DNA of 64,000 nucleotides from Bifidobacteriaceae bacterium (GCA_031270825.1 JAISXH010000022.1:33710-97709); one strand, 5' to 3'; shown: positions 53,689 through 63,469, counted from the first letter of the stretch. Translations and numbers: made by a program. The notes: generated by a model from the sequence alone, not told the origin.

Positions 53689-56106
53689 GTGGGCGCGAAC
53701 GGCGCCGGGCCAGCGGGCAAAGCTCACACCGCAGGCGTATGCGTGCGGGGGCCCGGCTCCCGTACCCTGTATGGCGTGGTTAAGCGAGGATTGCGCGTTG
53801 GCGGCAAGTGGGCGGTCGGCCTGGCTGGATTCTTGGTTGTTTCGCTAGCCTGCGGAATCCTGGCCTCGGCGTTGTTCTTGCCGGTGGTGGCGATAGCGAA
53901 GGTGGCGACCGACACCGGCACCAAGGTGCTCGCGGCGGTGCCCGCCGACCTGCAACTGCCGGAGCTGTCGCAGCGGTCCTATATGTACGCCTCCGATGGC
54001 ACGCTGTTGGCCACGTTCTACGCCCAGAACCGGGTGGTGGTGAGCCTGGACGACATCTCCCAGGCGATGCAAGACGCCGTCGTCGCCCTAGAGGATCGGC
54101 GCTTCTACGAGCATTCGGGGGTCGACGTCCAGGGCATGGCCAGGGCCTTCATCAACAACTCGGCCAACCCGGATGAAGTTCAGGGCGCCTCGTCGCTGAC
54201 CCAGCAATTCGTCAAGAACTCGTTGATCCAGCAGGCGGCCTTGGAAGAGGACGAAGAAGCCGCCGATGCCGCCATAGAGATGAGCTACGGACGCAAGCTC
54301 CGCGAAGCCAAGATGGCAGTCGAGCTGGAGAAAAAGCACGGCAAGAAGAAGATCCTCGAGGGCTATCTGAACATCGCCCAGTTCGGACCTTCCATATACG
54401 GGGTGGAGGCGGCCGCCCAGTACTACTTCTCCGTCTCAGCCAAGGAGTTGACGCCAGTCCAGGCGGCCACGATCGCCGCCATCACGCAGCTGCCGAACGG
54501 CCTTGACCCGGAGCAATTCCCAGACGCCAACAAGGATCGCCGCAACGACGCGTTGAAGGCCATGCTGCGGGACAAGTACATCACCCAGGCGGAATACGAC
54601 GAGGCCATCGCCGTTGACGTGGCAGAATCCCTGGCGATCACCAAGACCCCGTCTAGCTGCGACGCCGCTGACTCCCGCAACGCCGGGTTCTTCTGCGACT
54701 ACGTGGTGGCGGAGATGCTGAGGTCGGAAGCTTTCGGCAAGGACGCGGCCGCCCGCACGGCCATGCTCCAACGCGGCGGCCTGCACATCACCACCACTCT
54801 TGACCTGAAGATGCAAGGCGACGCTCTGGCAGCGATCGAGACCCGGGTGCCGATGGGTGACGCATCTGGTGTCGCCCAGGCCCTGACCGCAGTCGAGCCG
54901 GGCACCGGCAAGATCAAGGCGATGGCGCAGAACCGCCACTACAAGGGCGGCGACACCGACGACGTGACCACCACGGCGATCAACTACAACGTCGACCTGA
55001 AGTACGGCGGCTCATCTGGTTTCCAGCCCGGGTCGACCTTCAAACCCTTCATTTTGACGCAATGGCTGATCTCCGGGCACTCTCTGCGCGAGACCTTCGA
55101 CGGCTCGAGAACCCAGTACAGCTCCTCCGATCCGTGGTCGGCGAAATGCGTCGATGGCGGGGACGTGCGGCCACCGGACGGCTGGCGGGTCAGCGGCGGC
55201 GCCCGCAAGAACAACACCGCCCTGGCCGCCACCATCGGTTCGATGAACGCCTCCTATGCGGCCATGCTGAAGAAACTGGATCTGTGCGACGTTCGCGACT
55301 TGGTCGCCTCGATGGGAATCACCAGGGCCGACGGCAACGAATGGGAAACCATTCCGTCAATGGTGCTGGGCGTCAACGAGGTCTCCCCGCTGGCCATGGC
55401 CGGCGGTTACGCCACCTTCGCCGCCGGCGGCATCTACTGTCCCCCGACCGCGATCGAGTCGGTGACCGATTCGGCCGGAAACGCCATCGCCTTGCCGGAA
55501 CGGGAATGCCGGCGGGTTTTCGACGAGGGCGTGGCGAACGCGGTCAGCTATGCGTTGCGGCAAGCGGTCGCGGGCGGCACCGGCACAGCGGCGCGGATCA
55601 AGGACGGCCGCCAGACGGCGGGCAAGACCGGCACCACCGACGATTCGAAAGCGGCTTGGTTCTGCGGCTACACCCCGCAGTTGGCGACGGCGATCTGGGC
55701 TGGCTATCCGGGCGAGCAGAAGGTCCTTAGCGGCACAATCGGCGGCGTGTACTACTCCGGCGCGTTCGGCGGCCAGCTATCGGCGCCGGTCTTTAGGGAG
55801 TTCATGTCCGACGCCTTGGCGGGCACCGAGAAGCTGACCTTCGGCGATGTGCCCCGGAAACTGGACGTCGGCAACCAGGTTCGGGTGCCCTCCGTGGTGG
55901 GGATGGAAGGAAGCGCGGCCAAGAAGAAGCTGGAATACGAAGGCTTCTCGGTCGCGATTTCGTCCACTCGGGTGGCCTCAGACAAGTACGCGGCCGGGAC
56001 GGTGGTCGAACAGAGCCCGAGCCGGTGGGCCTATCCCGGCAACACGATCACCTTGAAGCTCTCGTCTGGTCCGGCGGCCAAGCCGCCGACTGACCCGGGC
56101 GGCTGA
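53689..56106 (+). CDS. Class A penicillin-binding protein (GT51 transglycosylase + transpeptidase) with C-terminal PASTA domain; start uncertain
   Basis: 'ALEDRRFYEHSGVD', 'QGASSLTQQ', 'RKLREAK', 'GSTFKP', 'KTGTT' and PASTA-like 'VPSVVGMEGSAAKKKLEYEGFSVA'. Confidence 0.9.
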   Translation: MGANGAGPAGKAHTAGVCVRGPGSRTLYGVVKRGLRVGGKWAVGLAGFLVVSLACGILASALFLPVVAIAKVATDTGTKVLAAVPADLQLPELSQRSYMYASDGTLLATFYAQNRVVVSLDDISQAMQDAVVALEDRRFYEHSGVDVQGMARAFINNSANPDEVQGASSLTQQFVKNSLIQQAALEEDEEAADAAIEMSYGRKLREAKMAVELEKKHGKKKILEGYLNIAQFGPSIYGVEAAAQYYFSVSAKELTPVQAATIAAITQLPNGLDPEQFPDANKDRRNDALKAMLRDKYITQAEYDEAIAVDVAESLAITKTPSSCDAADSRNAGFFCDYVVAEMLRSEAFGKDAAARTAMLQRGGLHITTTLDLKMQGDALAAIETRVPMGDASGVAQALTAVEPGTGKIKAMAQNRHYKGGDTDDVTTTAINYNVDLKYGGSSGFQPGSTFKPFILTQWLISGHSLRETFDGSRTQYSSSDPWSAKCVDGGDVRPPDGWRVSGGARKNNTALAATIGSMNASYAAMLKKLDLCDVRDLVASMGITRADGNEWETIPSMVLGVNEVSPLAMAGGYATFAAGGIYCPPTAIESVTDSAGNAIALPERECRRVFDEGVANAVSYALRQAVAGGTGTAARIKDGRQTAGKTGTTDDSKAAWFCGYTPQLATAIWAGYPGEQKVLSGTIGGVYYSGAFGGQLSAPVFREFMSDALAGTEKLTFGDVPRKLDVGNQVRVPSVVGMEGSAAKKKLEYEGFSVAISSTRVASDKYAAGTVVEQSPSRWAYPGNTITLKLSSGPAAKPPTDPGG

Positions 56107-56119
56107 GTCAGCGGCGAAG

Positions 56120-57202
56120 TCAGTTCCCGGCCGGCGGGGCCGCCCCCGGGCGTGGAAGTTGTTCCGTCGCCCGGGTCAATAGTCCGATGCCGTCCGCCAA
56201 GGCCGCGTCGTCAATGTCGCGGTGGGTGACCAGGCGAACAGCCGGGCCCATGGTCAAACAGCCGACGCCGGCATCTTGCCAAGCGCGGGCGAGTTCGGCG
56301 GCGGTGAAACCCGTGTCGGGACCGGGTTGAGCCAGCACTATGTTGGTGGGCGGATCCTCGGCCACCAGGCCCAAATCCCTCAGGGCGGCGGCCAGCGCCG
56401 CCGCCCGGCGCCGGTCCTCGTCAATGCGAGGCAGTTCTTCATCCAACGCCACCAACGCGGCGCCGGCCAGCACCCCGGATTGGCGCAACCCGCCGCCAAA
56501 GGCTTTGCGCCAGCGCCGGGCCCGTTCAATGAACGCCTGCGAAGAGCACAGCATTGAGCCGACCGGCGCGCCCAGTCCCTTCGAGAAGCAGACCGTCACA
56601 GAGTCGGCGTTGCCGGCCGCCTGGGCTGGGCTGACACACTGAGCGGCGGCCGCGTGCCAAAGCCTGGCGCCGTCCAAGTGAACGGCCCAACCGGCTGCGC
56701 GGGCGGCATCGTACAACTGGCCGGCCAACCGCCACGGGACAAAATGGCCGCCAGCGTGGTTGTGGGTGTTCTCGAGGCAGACCAAGCGGGTGATCAGCTC
56801 GTAGTAGGCGGGCCGGGCGGACTCCTCGGCGGCGACGGCCTCGATGTCAGTCGGGGCGGGAACGCCGGGCGCGTAGGACCACGGCAACTCCAAGGGGATG
56901 CCGCCGGCGATCCAGGCGGCGGTGCCCAGTTCGTGCGACAAGACGTGGGCGTGGCGCGGGGCCAAGAAGCGCTCTCCCCGGCCCAGATGGGTCGCCAAGG
57001 CGACCAGGTTGGACATCGACCCGGATGGCATGAACAACCCGGCTTCCTGATCCAAGAGCGCGGCTGTGCGGGCTTCAAGCTCTGCGACCGTGGGGTCGCG
57101 GTCAATCACGTCATCTCCGGTTGGCGCCTCCGCCATAGCCCGTCGCATCGATTGGGAGGGCTGGGTGACTGTGTCGGACCGAAAATCGACCTTGATAGTC
57201 AT
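56120..57202 (-). CDS. ltaE: Low-specificity L-threonine aldolase
   Basis: 'DFRSDTVTQPSQSMRRAM', 'GDDV' and 'FSKGLGAPVGS' (PLP lysine context). Confidence 0.85.
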   Translation of the reverse strand: MTIKVDFRSDTVTQPSQSMRRAMAEAPTGDDVIDRDPTVAELEARTAALLDQEAGLFMPSGSMSNLVALATHLGRGERFLAPRHAHVLSHELGTAAWIAGGIPLELPWSYAPGVPAPTDIEAVAAEESARPAYYELITRLVCLENTHNHAGGHFVPWRLAGQLYDAARAAGWAVHLDGARLWHAAAAQCVSPAQAAGNADSVTVCFSKGLGAPVGSMLCSSQAFIERARRWRKAFGGGLRQSGVLAGAALVALDEELPRIDEDRRRAAALAAALRDLGLVAEDPPTNIVLAQPGPDTGFTAAELARAWQDAGVGCLTMGPAVRLVTHRDIDDAALADGIGLLTRATEQLPRPGAAPPAGN

Positions 57203-57267
57203 GCAATAAGTTATATCGCTCCAATGGAGGATCTCGGGCGGGCCTTGGTTCCGTAGACTTACCGATT

Positions 57268-57609
57268 GTGATTTTCCGCGCCATCGCCGATTCCAGGCCG
57301 TACCCCGACCACGGCTTCGTCTCGTCGCGGCAGTGGTCGAAGGTTCCTCCCCGCCAGGTCCGGTTGGCCGAACTGACCACCACCAAGTCGACCTTGGACT
57401 TGGCCAGTCTCCTATCTGAGGATTCGACCTTCTACGGGGACCTGTTCGCGCACGTGGTCTACTGGCAGGGCGCCTATTACCTAGAGGACGGACTGCACCG
57501 GGCGGTGCGGGCGGCCTTGCGCGGCCGGGGAACGCTGCACGCGCGGGTGCTCAACCTGGACGAGTTGGAGCCTGGCCTGTCAGACGGGACCGGAAGCGAT
57601 GGCTCCTAG
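57268..57609 (+). CDS. Conserved hypothetical protein
   Basis: Clean 113-aa ORF upstream of, and overlapping by 11 nt with, the LytR_C gene. No motif recognised with confidence. Confidence 0.4.
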   Translation: MIFRAIADSRPYPDHGFVSSRQWSKVPPRQVRLAELTTTKSTLDLASLLSEDSTFYGDLFAHVVYWQGAYYLEDGLHRAVRAALRGRGTLHARVLNLDELEPGLSDGTGSDGS

Positions 57610-58222
57610 CACACCCGAATCGCGCCGCCAGCGCTTGCGTTGGCGCCAAGTCACCATCTACGGCCTGCTGATCGGCGGTTTGATCGTGATCGCGGCCTGG
57701 GCGATCGGCATGTGGACGGGACGGCTGGAACCGCTGTTCAACGAGGATTTCAAGTACCAACCGAGTGAGAGCGCCGTGGCGCAGCTAACTCCCTGCCCGG
57801 TCGGCGAGGCGGCCACTTATCCGGCGGTGACGGCCGTGACCGTCCGAGTGCTGAACGGCTCCCAGCGCGACGGCTTGGCGGGCGAGACGGCCGATGCCCT
57901 CGCGGCGCAGGGCTTTCCGGCGCCGGCGGCGGACAACACCGCGCCTTATGATGGCGTCGCCAAGCTGGTGGCCGGTCGGGAAGGGGTCAACCAGGCGTAC
58001 ACGCTGGCGCGTTTCTTCCCCGAGGGGACCGTCATCACGATCGACCGGCGGGAAGGACAGACTGTGGATGCGGTTCTGGGGCCCGAATTCGAAACGTTGC
58101 GGGCGGCTGATGAGGTCGGGTTCGACCCGTCTGAGGCGATCAAGCCCATGGCTTCGTGCCGCCAGGTCGATGAGATTCTGGGTGGCCAGAGCGCCGACGC
58201 GAAGGCCGGCGCCCGCAAGTAG
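57599..58222 (+). CDS. LytR cell-envelope-related C-terminal (LytR_C) domain membrane protein
   Basis: TM segment 'IYGLLIGGLIVIAAWAI'. 'VTVRVLNGSQRDGLAGETADALAAQGF' is typical of LytR_C. Confidence 0.7.
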   Translation: MAPSTPESRRQRLRWRQVTIYGLLIGGLIVIAAWAIGMWTGRLEPLFNEDFKYQPSESAVAQLTPCPVGEAATYPAVTAVTVRVLNGSQRDGLAGETADALAAQGFPAPAADNTAPYDGVAKLVAGREGVNQAYTLARFFPEGTVITIDRREGQTVDAVLGPEFETLRAADEVGFDPSEAIKPMASCRQVDEILGGQSADAKAGARK

Positions 58223-58350
58223 GGCCAGGCCAAGGGCGAGCCGAAGGATTCCTCCGCCCAGGCCTGAAGGCGGTTTACGGTCCGCTGGCCGGCCGGTGGG
58301 CTCGGGTCGGTTTTGTGGTCCGGGGCCGCCCATGAGCTAAGGTCAACTGC

Positions 58351-60537
58351 GTGTCTGATGTGCCAAGCGATGCTCCTATCACACGCAAAGCTTTGCGTGA
58401 GGCGGCCGGCCGGGACGTCAACCAGGGCGCCCAGAAGCACCCCGCCGACACCTCGACGCCCGCCGACCCGCGGTCGGGCGCCGCGCCCGCTCCGGCGCCG
58501 CCAGCGCCGACCTCCGATGCCGTGTGGACTGCCCCGGCGCCTTTCTCCGCCGACGGTTCGGCCACCAGGGCGCAGTTGCGCCGCCAGCGCGGCGCAGGGC
58601 TGTTCTCCTCCCCCCCGGCCGCGCCGGTCCAGGCCGAGCAGGCGGAGCCTGTGCCTCAACGCAGCCGCCCGGTCACCCGTGCCTCCGGCAACTGGCGGGC
58701 GTTACGACCGGCCACGCCTGGATCGGCTTTCCCGCCCGCGCCGTCGGCGACATCTGGGCCAGCTTCCCCGCCCGCGCCGCCGGGCACACTTGGGCCAACC
58801 TCCCCGCCCGCGTCCGAGTTGGCTTCGCCGCCTGCGCCATCGGGCACACCTGGGGCAACCTCCCCGCCCGCGCCGTCGCCTGCGCCGGTTATGGAGAGCC
58901 CGCGCTATCCGTCCAGCTCGCCTGCGAGCATCCGGTCGTTTGCCGACGTCAAGCCGTTGACGGTCGAGCCGCGACCGCTGGCCCGGGCGCAGCAGCCAAG
59001 CAAACTGCCGCCGCTTCCGGCTGGTCCGCGCGCGCCCGAACAGTGGGTGCCGGACCTGCCTGCTCGCCGACCGCGGCCAGAGGCGGTCGATCCAACCGAT
59101 TCCGCCGAATTCTCCCTGGTCCGCGAACCACTCGAGCCGACTGTCGGGCCGATCGAGCCGCTCGTCCGGCCTGACTGGCCGGACCGGGGCGACGGCCTGG
59201 AGCAAGTGGCCCGCACAGACTCACCTGATCGGTCGGCATGGTCGCCACGATCCGGCGAGCCAGCGCCAACGTCCCCGCCGCCATCTGGGCCGGGACAGCC
59301 CGGAGTCGCCGGGCGAAGTGACCCGCTGGTCGCGCCATCCCTCAGCACCGCCACGCCCTGGTCGGCGCCGCCAGGGCCGTCCTGGGAGGATCTGGCCGCG
59401 GCGGCGCCCGACGAGGCCGCCTGGCAGGCGCCGGAAACCTCCTACCAGCCCATCGCCTATCGGCCGGCCGAGACGGCCGGGCCTGTTTCACCCGCCACGG
59501 CAGCGCCGCCGTCCTGGGAGGAGCCGGCACCCGCCTGGGGGGATTCGGCGGCCACAGCTCGCGAAGATTCAGCCTGGGCTGAGACCGCGGCCAGCGTCTA
59601 CCCGCCGGCGCCGGCCTCCCCGGCGGAGCAGTGGCCGGCAGCCACCCCGCCGCAGGTCGACCCGGCGGCCGTCCCCCAGCATTCGCCTTTGGTTCCGACA
59701 GTGCGTTACCGAGGGCGCCAGCTGATGAGCGGAGCCGGGCCCGAAGGCGAACCCCCGGCGGAGCCAGCCGCAGACCTCGGGGCGGAGCCGGGACCAACGC
59801 CACCTGAGCCAGGTGAGGGACAGGCGCAGGGCGACCGGACGGCATCGGACACGGCGGGGGAACCCGCTGGGGCTGGAACGGACGCAGACGCCAGGCCGGA
59901 GGAGCAGTGGCACCACAAAGCCTCGACGGCGCTGGGCTTCCACCAGTCCAGGCACCACCTGACCAAGCGCGAGACCGTCGGCGTGATAGTGCTGGCGGCG
60001 CTGGTCCTGGTCGGGATCGCGGTGGTGTTGCTGGCGCTGACAGGTAACTTATCCCGCAGTAAGACCGAGCCGACGCCGTCGGTTTCACTCAGCCAGACGC
60101 CCAGCCCCAACCAGCCCGCTCCGGGCGAATCTGGCGCGACGCAGTGGTCGCTGGGCCAGAGCTTCAGGGCCGGGGACTTCGTGCTGGTGTTGGACTCCTA
60201 TGAGGCCGGACTGGCCGAACTGGCTGATCCGGGCAGCGAAGTCTCGGAGAACGGCCAATGGGTTCTGCTGGGCGTCACGATCAAGAACGCGGGCACGCAA
60301 GATGGCACGTTCTTGCCCGACCAGCAGACTCTTGTGACCGACCAAGGCAAGACCTACCCGAATGAGCCGCTTTCGGCGCTGAAGCACCAAGAGTTCATCT
60401 TGGGTGTCAGCCCGATCAAACCCGGCGGCTCGCAGACCGGATTCCTGGCCTTTGACATTCCTCTTGACGACCGGCCAGTGGCGCTCGAGTTCACCGGGCG
60501 GATCGGCGAACCGGCCACCACGGTGCCGCTGGGATGA
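58351..60537 (+). CDS. Pro/Ala-rich membrane protein with C-terminal DUF4352-like domain
   Basis: N-terminal 'ITRKALREAAG'. About 520 aa of low-complexity P/A/S. TM segment 'VIVLAALVLVGIAVVLLAL'. C-terminal 'GDFVLVLDSYE...QWVLLGVTIKNAGTQDGTF...GFLAFDIP'. Confidence 0.65.
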   Translation: MSDVPSDAPITRKALREAAGRDVNQGAQKHPADTSTPADPRSGAAPAPAPPAPTSDAVWTAPAPFSADGSATRAQLRRQRGAGLFSSPPAAPVQAEQAEPVPQRSRPVTRASGNWRALRPATPGSAFPPAPSATSGPASPPAPPGTLGPTSPPASELASPPAPSGTPGATSPPAPSPAPVMESPRYPSSSPASIRSFADVKPLTVEPRPLARAQQPSKLPPLPAGPRAPEQWVPDLPARRPRPEAVDPTDSAEFSLVREPLEPTVGPIEPLVRPDWPDRGDGLEQVARTDSPDRSAWSPRSGEPAPTSPPPSGPGQPGVAGRSDPLVAPSLSTATPWSAPPGPSWEDLAAAAPDEAAWQAPETSYQPIAYRPAETAGPVSPATAAPPSWEEPAPAWGDSAATAREDSAWAETAASVYPPAPASPAEQWPAATPPQVDPAAVPQHSPLVPTVRYRGRQLMSGAGPEGEPPAEPAADLGAEPGPTPPEPGEGQAQGDRTASDTAGEPAGAGTDADARPEEQWHHKASTALGFHQSRHHLTKRETVGVIVLAALVLVGIAVVLLALTGNLSRSKTEPTPSVSLSQTPSPNQPAPGESGATQWSLGQSFRAGDFVLVLDSYEAGLAELADPGSEVSENGQWVLLGVTIKNAGTQDGTFLPDQQTLVTDQGKTYPNEPLSALKHQEFILGVSPIKPGGSQTGFLAFDIPLDDRPVALEFTGRIGEPATTVPLG
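58728..58885 (+). repeat. In-frame imperfect ~36-bp tandem repeats (PPAPSxTxGPxS units) within 58351..60537
   Basis: Peptide: PPAPSATSGPAS-PPAPPGTLGPTS-PPASELAS-PPAPSGTPGATS-PPAPSPAP. The repeated DNA core is tccccgcccgcgcc. Confidence 0.7.
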
Positions 60538-61925
60538 ACACCGCCGGCGGTGCCGAGGCGCGCGGGAACTGGTGGCTGGGCGTCTGGCTGGCCGGCGCCT
60601 ACCTGGTCACCCACGGGGTGCTGATCTACCAATCGCTGGGCCCGGGCACCTCCGGCGCCAACGACGTCAGGCTGTATGCCTGGTGGGTGCAGGAAAGCGA
60701 CCGATCAGGCCTTTGGCTCGGGATCGACTCGCCCTGGGTGTATCCGGTCGGAGCTCTGGCGCCCATCCTGCTGGCTTCGATTCTGGGCACCGGCACGGCC
60801 TACCTGCCGACCTGGTGCGCCATGGTCGCCCTGATCAACTTGGCCACAGCCGTGGTGGTGGTGCGTCGTTTCGGTGTGACGCGGGCGGCCGCGCCCCTAG
60901 TCGGCTGGTTCGTTTTCCTGATGCTGTTGGGGCCGTGCGGGATAGGCCGGCTGGACGCGATCATGATGCCGTTGGTGCTGATCGCCTTGGTGGTGGCATC
61001 TGCCCGCCCGGCCCTGGCCAGCATCTTGTTGACCTTTGGCGCCTGGATCAAGGTCTCGGCCGGGGCGGCGCTCATTCCCCTGCTCGCGGTGGTGGGCGCG
61101 TGGCGGTCGCGGCTGCGCCAGGTGCTGATCCCGGCCGCTTCGACCTGTGTCGCGGTGGTTCTGTTGCAATTCGCGGCCGGAGGACAGTGGCGCTTCTTGA
61201 CCAGCTTTGTTGGCGCCGAGACTGATCGCGGCCTGCAGATTGAGGCGGTGCTGGCGACTCCGGTGGTATTGGCCCACGCCGCCAAGGGCGAGGCCTTGGC
61301 AGTCTGGAATTCGACTCTGTCAACGAACGAGACCTGGGGCGCCGGCGCCGATGTGGCGGTGCGGGTCAGCGACATCGCCATGCCTTTGGCGGTGCTCGCG
61401 GTGGGAGCGCTGGTGTGGCGGGCGCGGCGGCAGACAACCGCGGCCTTGCTGACTGGCACACTGGCCATGATGAGTGGATTGATCGTGACTCACAAAGTCG
61501 GATCGCCACAGTTCGTGGCCTGGTTGGCGCCGGCGGTGGTGGTCGGGTTGTGCGTGGGACGGCGGCTCAAGTTCTGGCTTCCAGTGGGAATCGCCTCGCT
61601 GGTCATGGCTGCGTTGACAGGCTGGCTTTATCCCTGGGGCTACGTCCCCTTCATATCCGGCGACCGCTTGATGCTGGCGGTCTGGGTGGTCCGCAACGCG
61701 CTGCTGGTGGCGGTGTTCGCGTTCGCGGTAGTCGAATTGGTGCGCTTAGGCCGACCAGGTCTGTCAGCCGCAGGCGATCTCCATGCTGGTTCCGCGCAGG
61801 CCGATCCCGACGGCGCTGCTGGTGGCACCCATGACGGCGATGGCCTTGGCCCCAGCCCGGCGTCTGACGCCCCCGGGCCCGCTGTCCTGGTTCGGGACAC
61901 AGGAAACGGGTGTCTCGGGACATAG
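60534..61925 (+). CDS. Polytopic membrane protein, GT-C/DUF2029-like glycosyltransferase candidate
   Basis: About 11 hydrophobic helices. The N-terminal loop 'YQSLGPG...DVRLYAWW' and general architecture resemble GT87/DUF2029 proteins. The last ~12 codons are encoded by the 23-bp repeat array. Confidence 0.45.
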   Translation: MNTAGGAEARGNWWLGVWLAGAYLVTHGVLIYQSLGPGTSGANDVRLYAWWVQESDRSGLWLGIDSPWVYPVGALAPILLASILGTGTAYLPTWCAMVALINLATAVVVVRRFGVTRAAAPLVGWFVFLMLLGPCGIGRLDAIMMPLVLIALVVASARPALASILLTFGAWIKVSAGAALIPLLAVVGAWRSRLRQVLIPAASTCVAVVLLQFAAGGQWRFLTSFVGAETDRGLQIEAVLATPVVLAHAAKGEALAVWNSTLSTNETWGAGADVAVRVSDIAMPLAVLAVGALVWRARRQTTAALLTGTLAMMSGLIVTHKVGSPQFVAWLAPAVVVGLCVGRRLKFWLPVGIASLVMAALTGWLYPWGYVPFISGDRLMLAVWVVRNALLVAVFAFAVVELVRLGRPGLSAAGDLHAGSAQADPDGAAGGTHDGDGLGPSPASDAPGPAVLVRDTGNGCLGT

Positions 61926-61980
61926 GAAACCCATGTCTCGGGACTTAGGAAACCGGTGTCTCAGGACATGGGAAACGCGG
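61889..61980 (+). repeat. Four tandem 23-bp units (GTCTCGGGACATAGGAAACCCAT type) abutting the tRNA-Ser(GCT) 3' end
   Basis: Units at 61889, 61912, 61935 and 61958. The last unit overlaps the tRNA 3' terminus by 3 nt. Orientation relative to the tRNA is opposite to that at the other two tRNAs. Confidence 0.85.
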
Positions 61981-62067
61981 AGGCGGGGGGATTCGAACCC
62001 CCGAGGGGGATCAACACCCCCAACCCGCTTAGCAGGCGGGCGCCATAGGCCTCTAGGCGACGCCTCC
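61978..62067 (-). tRNA. tRNA-Ser (anticodon GCT)
   Basis: Reverse complement GGAGGCGTCGCCTAGAGGCC...CCCGC-CTGCTAA-GCGGG...long variable arm...GGGGGTTCGAATCCCCCCGCCTCCG. 90 nt. Confidence 0.9.
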
Positions 62068-62239
62068 GGACAGCTTGACCAGGGTACCCGGCCGAGCCCG
62101 GCCGGGCCAAATGCCGGCATGCTTCATGATTATGGCCCGTGTGGAGGGGGTCCGTGCCTCACGGTTTCTTGCCCGCGTGGCTGTGGTCCGCGCTGGCGGT
62201 CCGGGACAGCAGATGACACCGGAGGAGCATGATAGGTAG

Positions 62240-63304
62240 ATGGAAAACACCGCTTCGGCCGACACCTGGGTAGCCGACGTCCTGGACGGTTTCGAGCAGC
62301 GCCGACTGTCCCTTCCCAACGGCGAGTCGGCGACTCTGGTTCGCCGTTTGACCCCGGGGGTCGGTCCGTCCTCCCGTTCACGAAGTGCCGTCGATGCCGT
62401 GTCTGCGGATTCCGCCCAACGGGCGGCCGATGGTGTGGCCCCCGGCCCGGGCTCGGAGCAGCGCAGACCTGCGATCCTGTATCTCCATGGCTTTGTGGAC
62501 TACTTCTTTCAAGCCCATATGGCTGCGGCCTTTGAGGCGCGAGGCTACCGCTTTTATGCGATTGACCTGCGCGGTTACGGCCGATCGATGGAATTGTCGC
62601 TGGACCCGGAACATCCGAACTTCGCTCCCGAGATCGCGGTCTACGGCGAGGACCTCGACGCCGCGGCGCAGGTGATCGCCCAAGAAGAAGGACATGCCGA
62701 CCTGATCGGGATCGGCCATTCGACTGGCGGCCTGATCATGCCGTTTTGGGCTGCCAAACGGCCGGGACGGTTGCGGGCGCTGGTGCTGAACTCGCCTTGG
62801 CTGGACTTCAACGCGAACTGGTTCATGCGTGTGCCGTTCACACAGTTGATGCGCCTGGTCGCCAAGGCGGCGCCGATGCTGGCGATTTCCGGCCTGAAAG
62901 TCCATTACGGGCGAGCCCTGCATTGCGACACCGGCGGCGAATGGGATTACGACCTCAGGTGGAAACCGCATGACGGCTTCCCCACTTATCCGGTCTGGTT
63001 CTCTTCGATCCGGCGCTGGCAGTCCCGCTTGGCCAAGGGGATCGACGTCAGCTGTCCTGTGCTGGTGATGACATCCCTCAGACGCGGCGACCCGGTCCAC
63101 CATCATGCCGAGCTAGTGACCACCGACTCGGTCCTGGATCCCGCTCAGATGTGGCGCTTGGCGCCCAAATTGGGCGCGGATGTGGAGGTCAGAGCCCTGG
63201 AAGGGGGCGCGCATGACCTGTCGCTGAGCCCCGAGCCGGTCCGCTCCCGGTTCCTGTCCGAATCCATCGACTGGCTGGACCGCGTCACCAATACCAGCGC
63301 CTGA
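62240..63304 (+). CDS. Alpha/beta hydrolase (lysophospholipase/monoglyceride-lipase-like)
   Basis: 'ILYLHGFVDYFF' and nucleophile elbow 'GIGHSTGG'. C-terminal 'GGAHDL' provides the catalytic His context. Confidence 0.7.
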   Translation: MENTASADTWVADVLDGFEQRRLSLPNGESATLVRRLTPGVGPSSRSRSAVDAVSADSAQRAADGVAPGPGSEQRRPAILYLHGFVDYFFQAHMAAAFEARGYRFYAIDLRGYGRSMELSLDPEHPNFAPEIAVYGEDLDAAAQVIAQEEGHADLIGIGHSTGGLIMPFWAAKRPGRLRALVLNSPWLDFNANWFMRVPFTQLMRLVAKAAPMLAISGLKVHYGRALHCDTGGEWDYDLRWKPHDGFPTYPVWFSSIRRWQSRLAKGIDVSCPVLVMTSLRRGDPVHHHAELVTTDSVLDPAQMWRLAPKLGADVEVRALEGGAHDLSLSPEPVRSRFLSESIDWLDRVTNTSA

Positions 63305-63469
63305 CGCAGCCGCCGGCTAGGAGCTGGCTAAGACGCCAGCGCACCGCGGAGTCAAGCCCGTGAGCGGGGGGTGCCGGGGCCGGGCGGAGGCGCCCATCGC
63401 CCCGGCAAACATCCCGGTCCCAGTGTTCGGCCCGGCCGATGCCGGGCCGCTCATCAACCGCAATCACAG

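Noticed and set aside
61889-61980. Considered whether the 23-bp tandem units form a mini CRISPR array.
   Set aside because: The units are directly adjacent with no spacers, the 23-bp unit is too short, and no cas genes are present.
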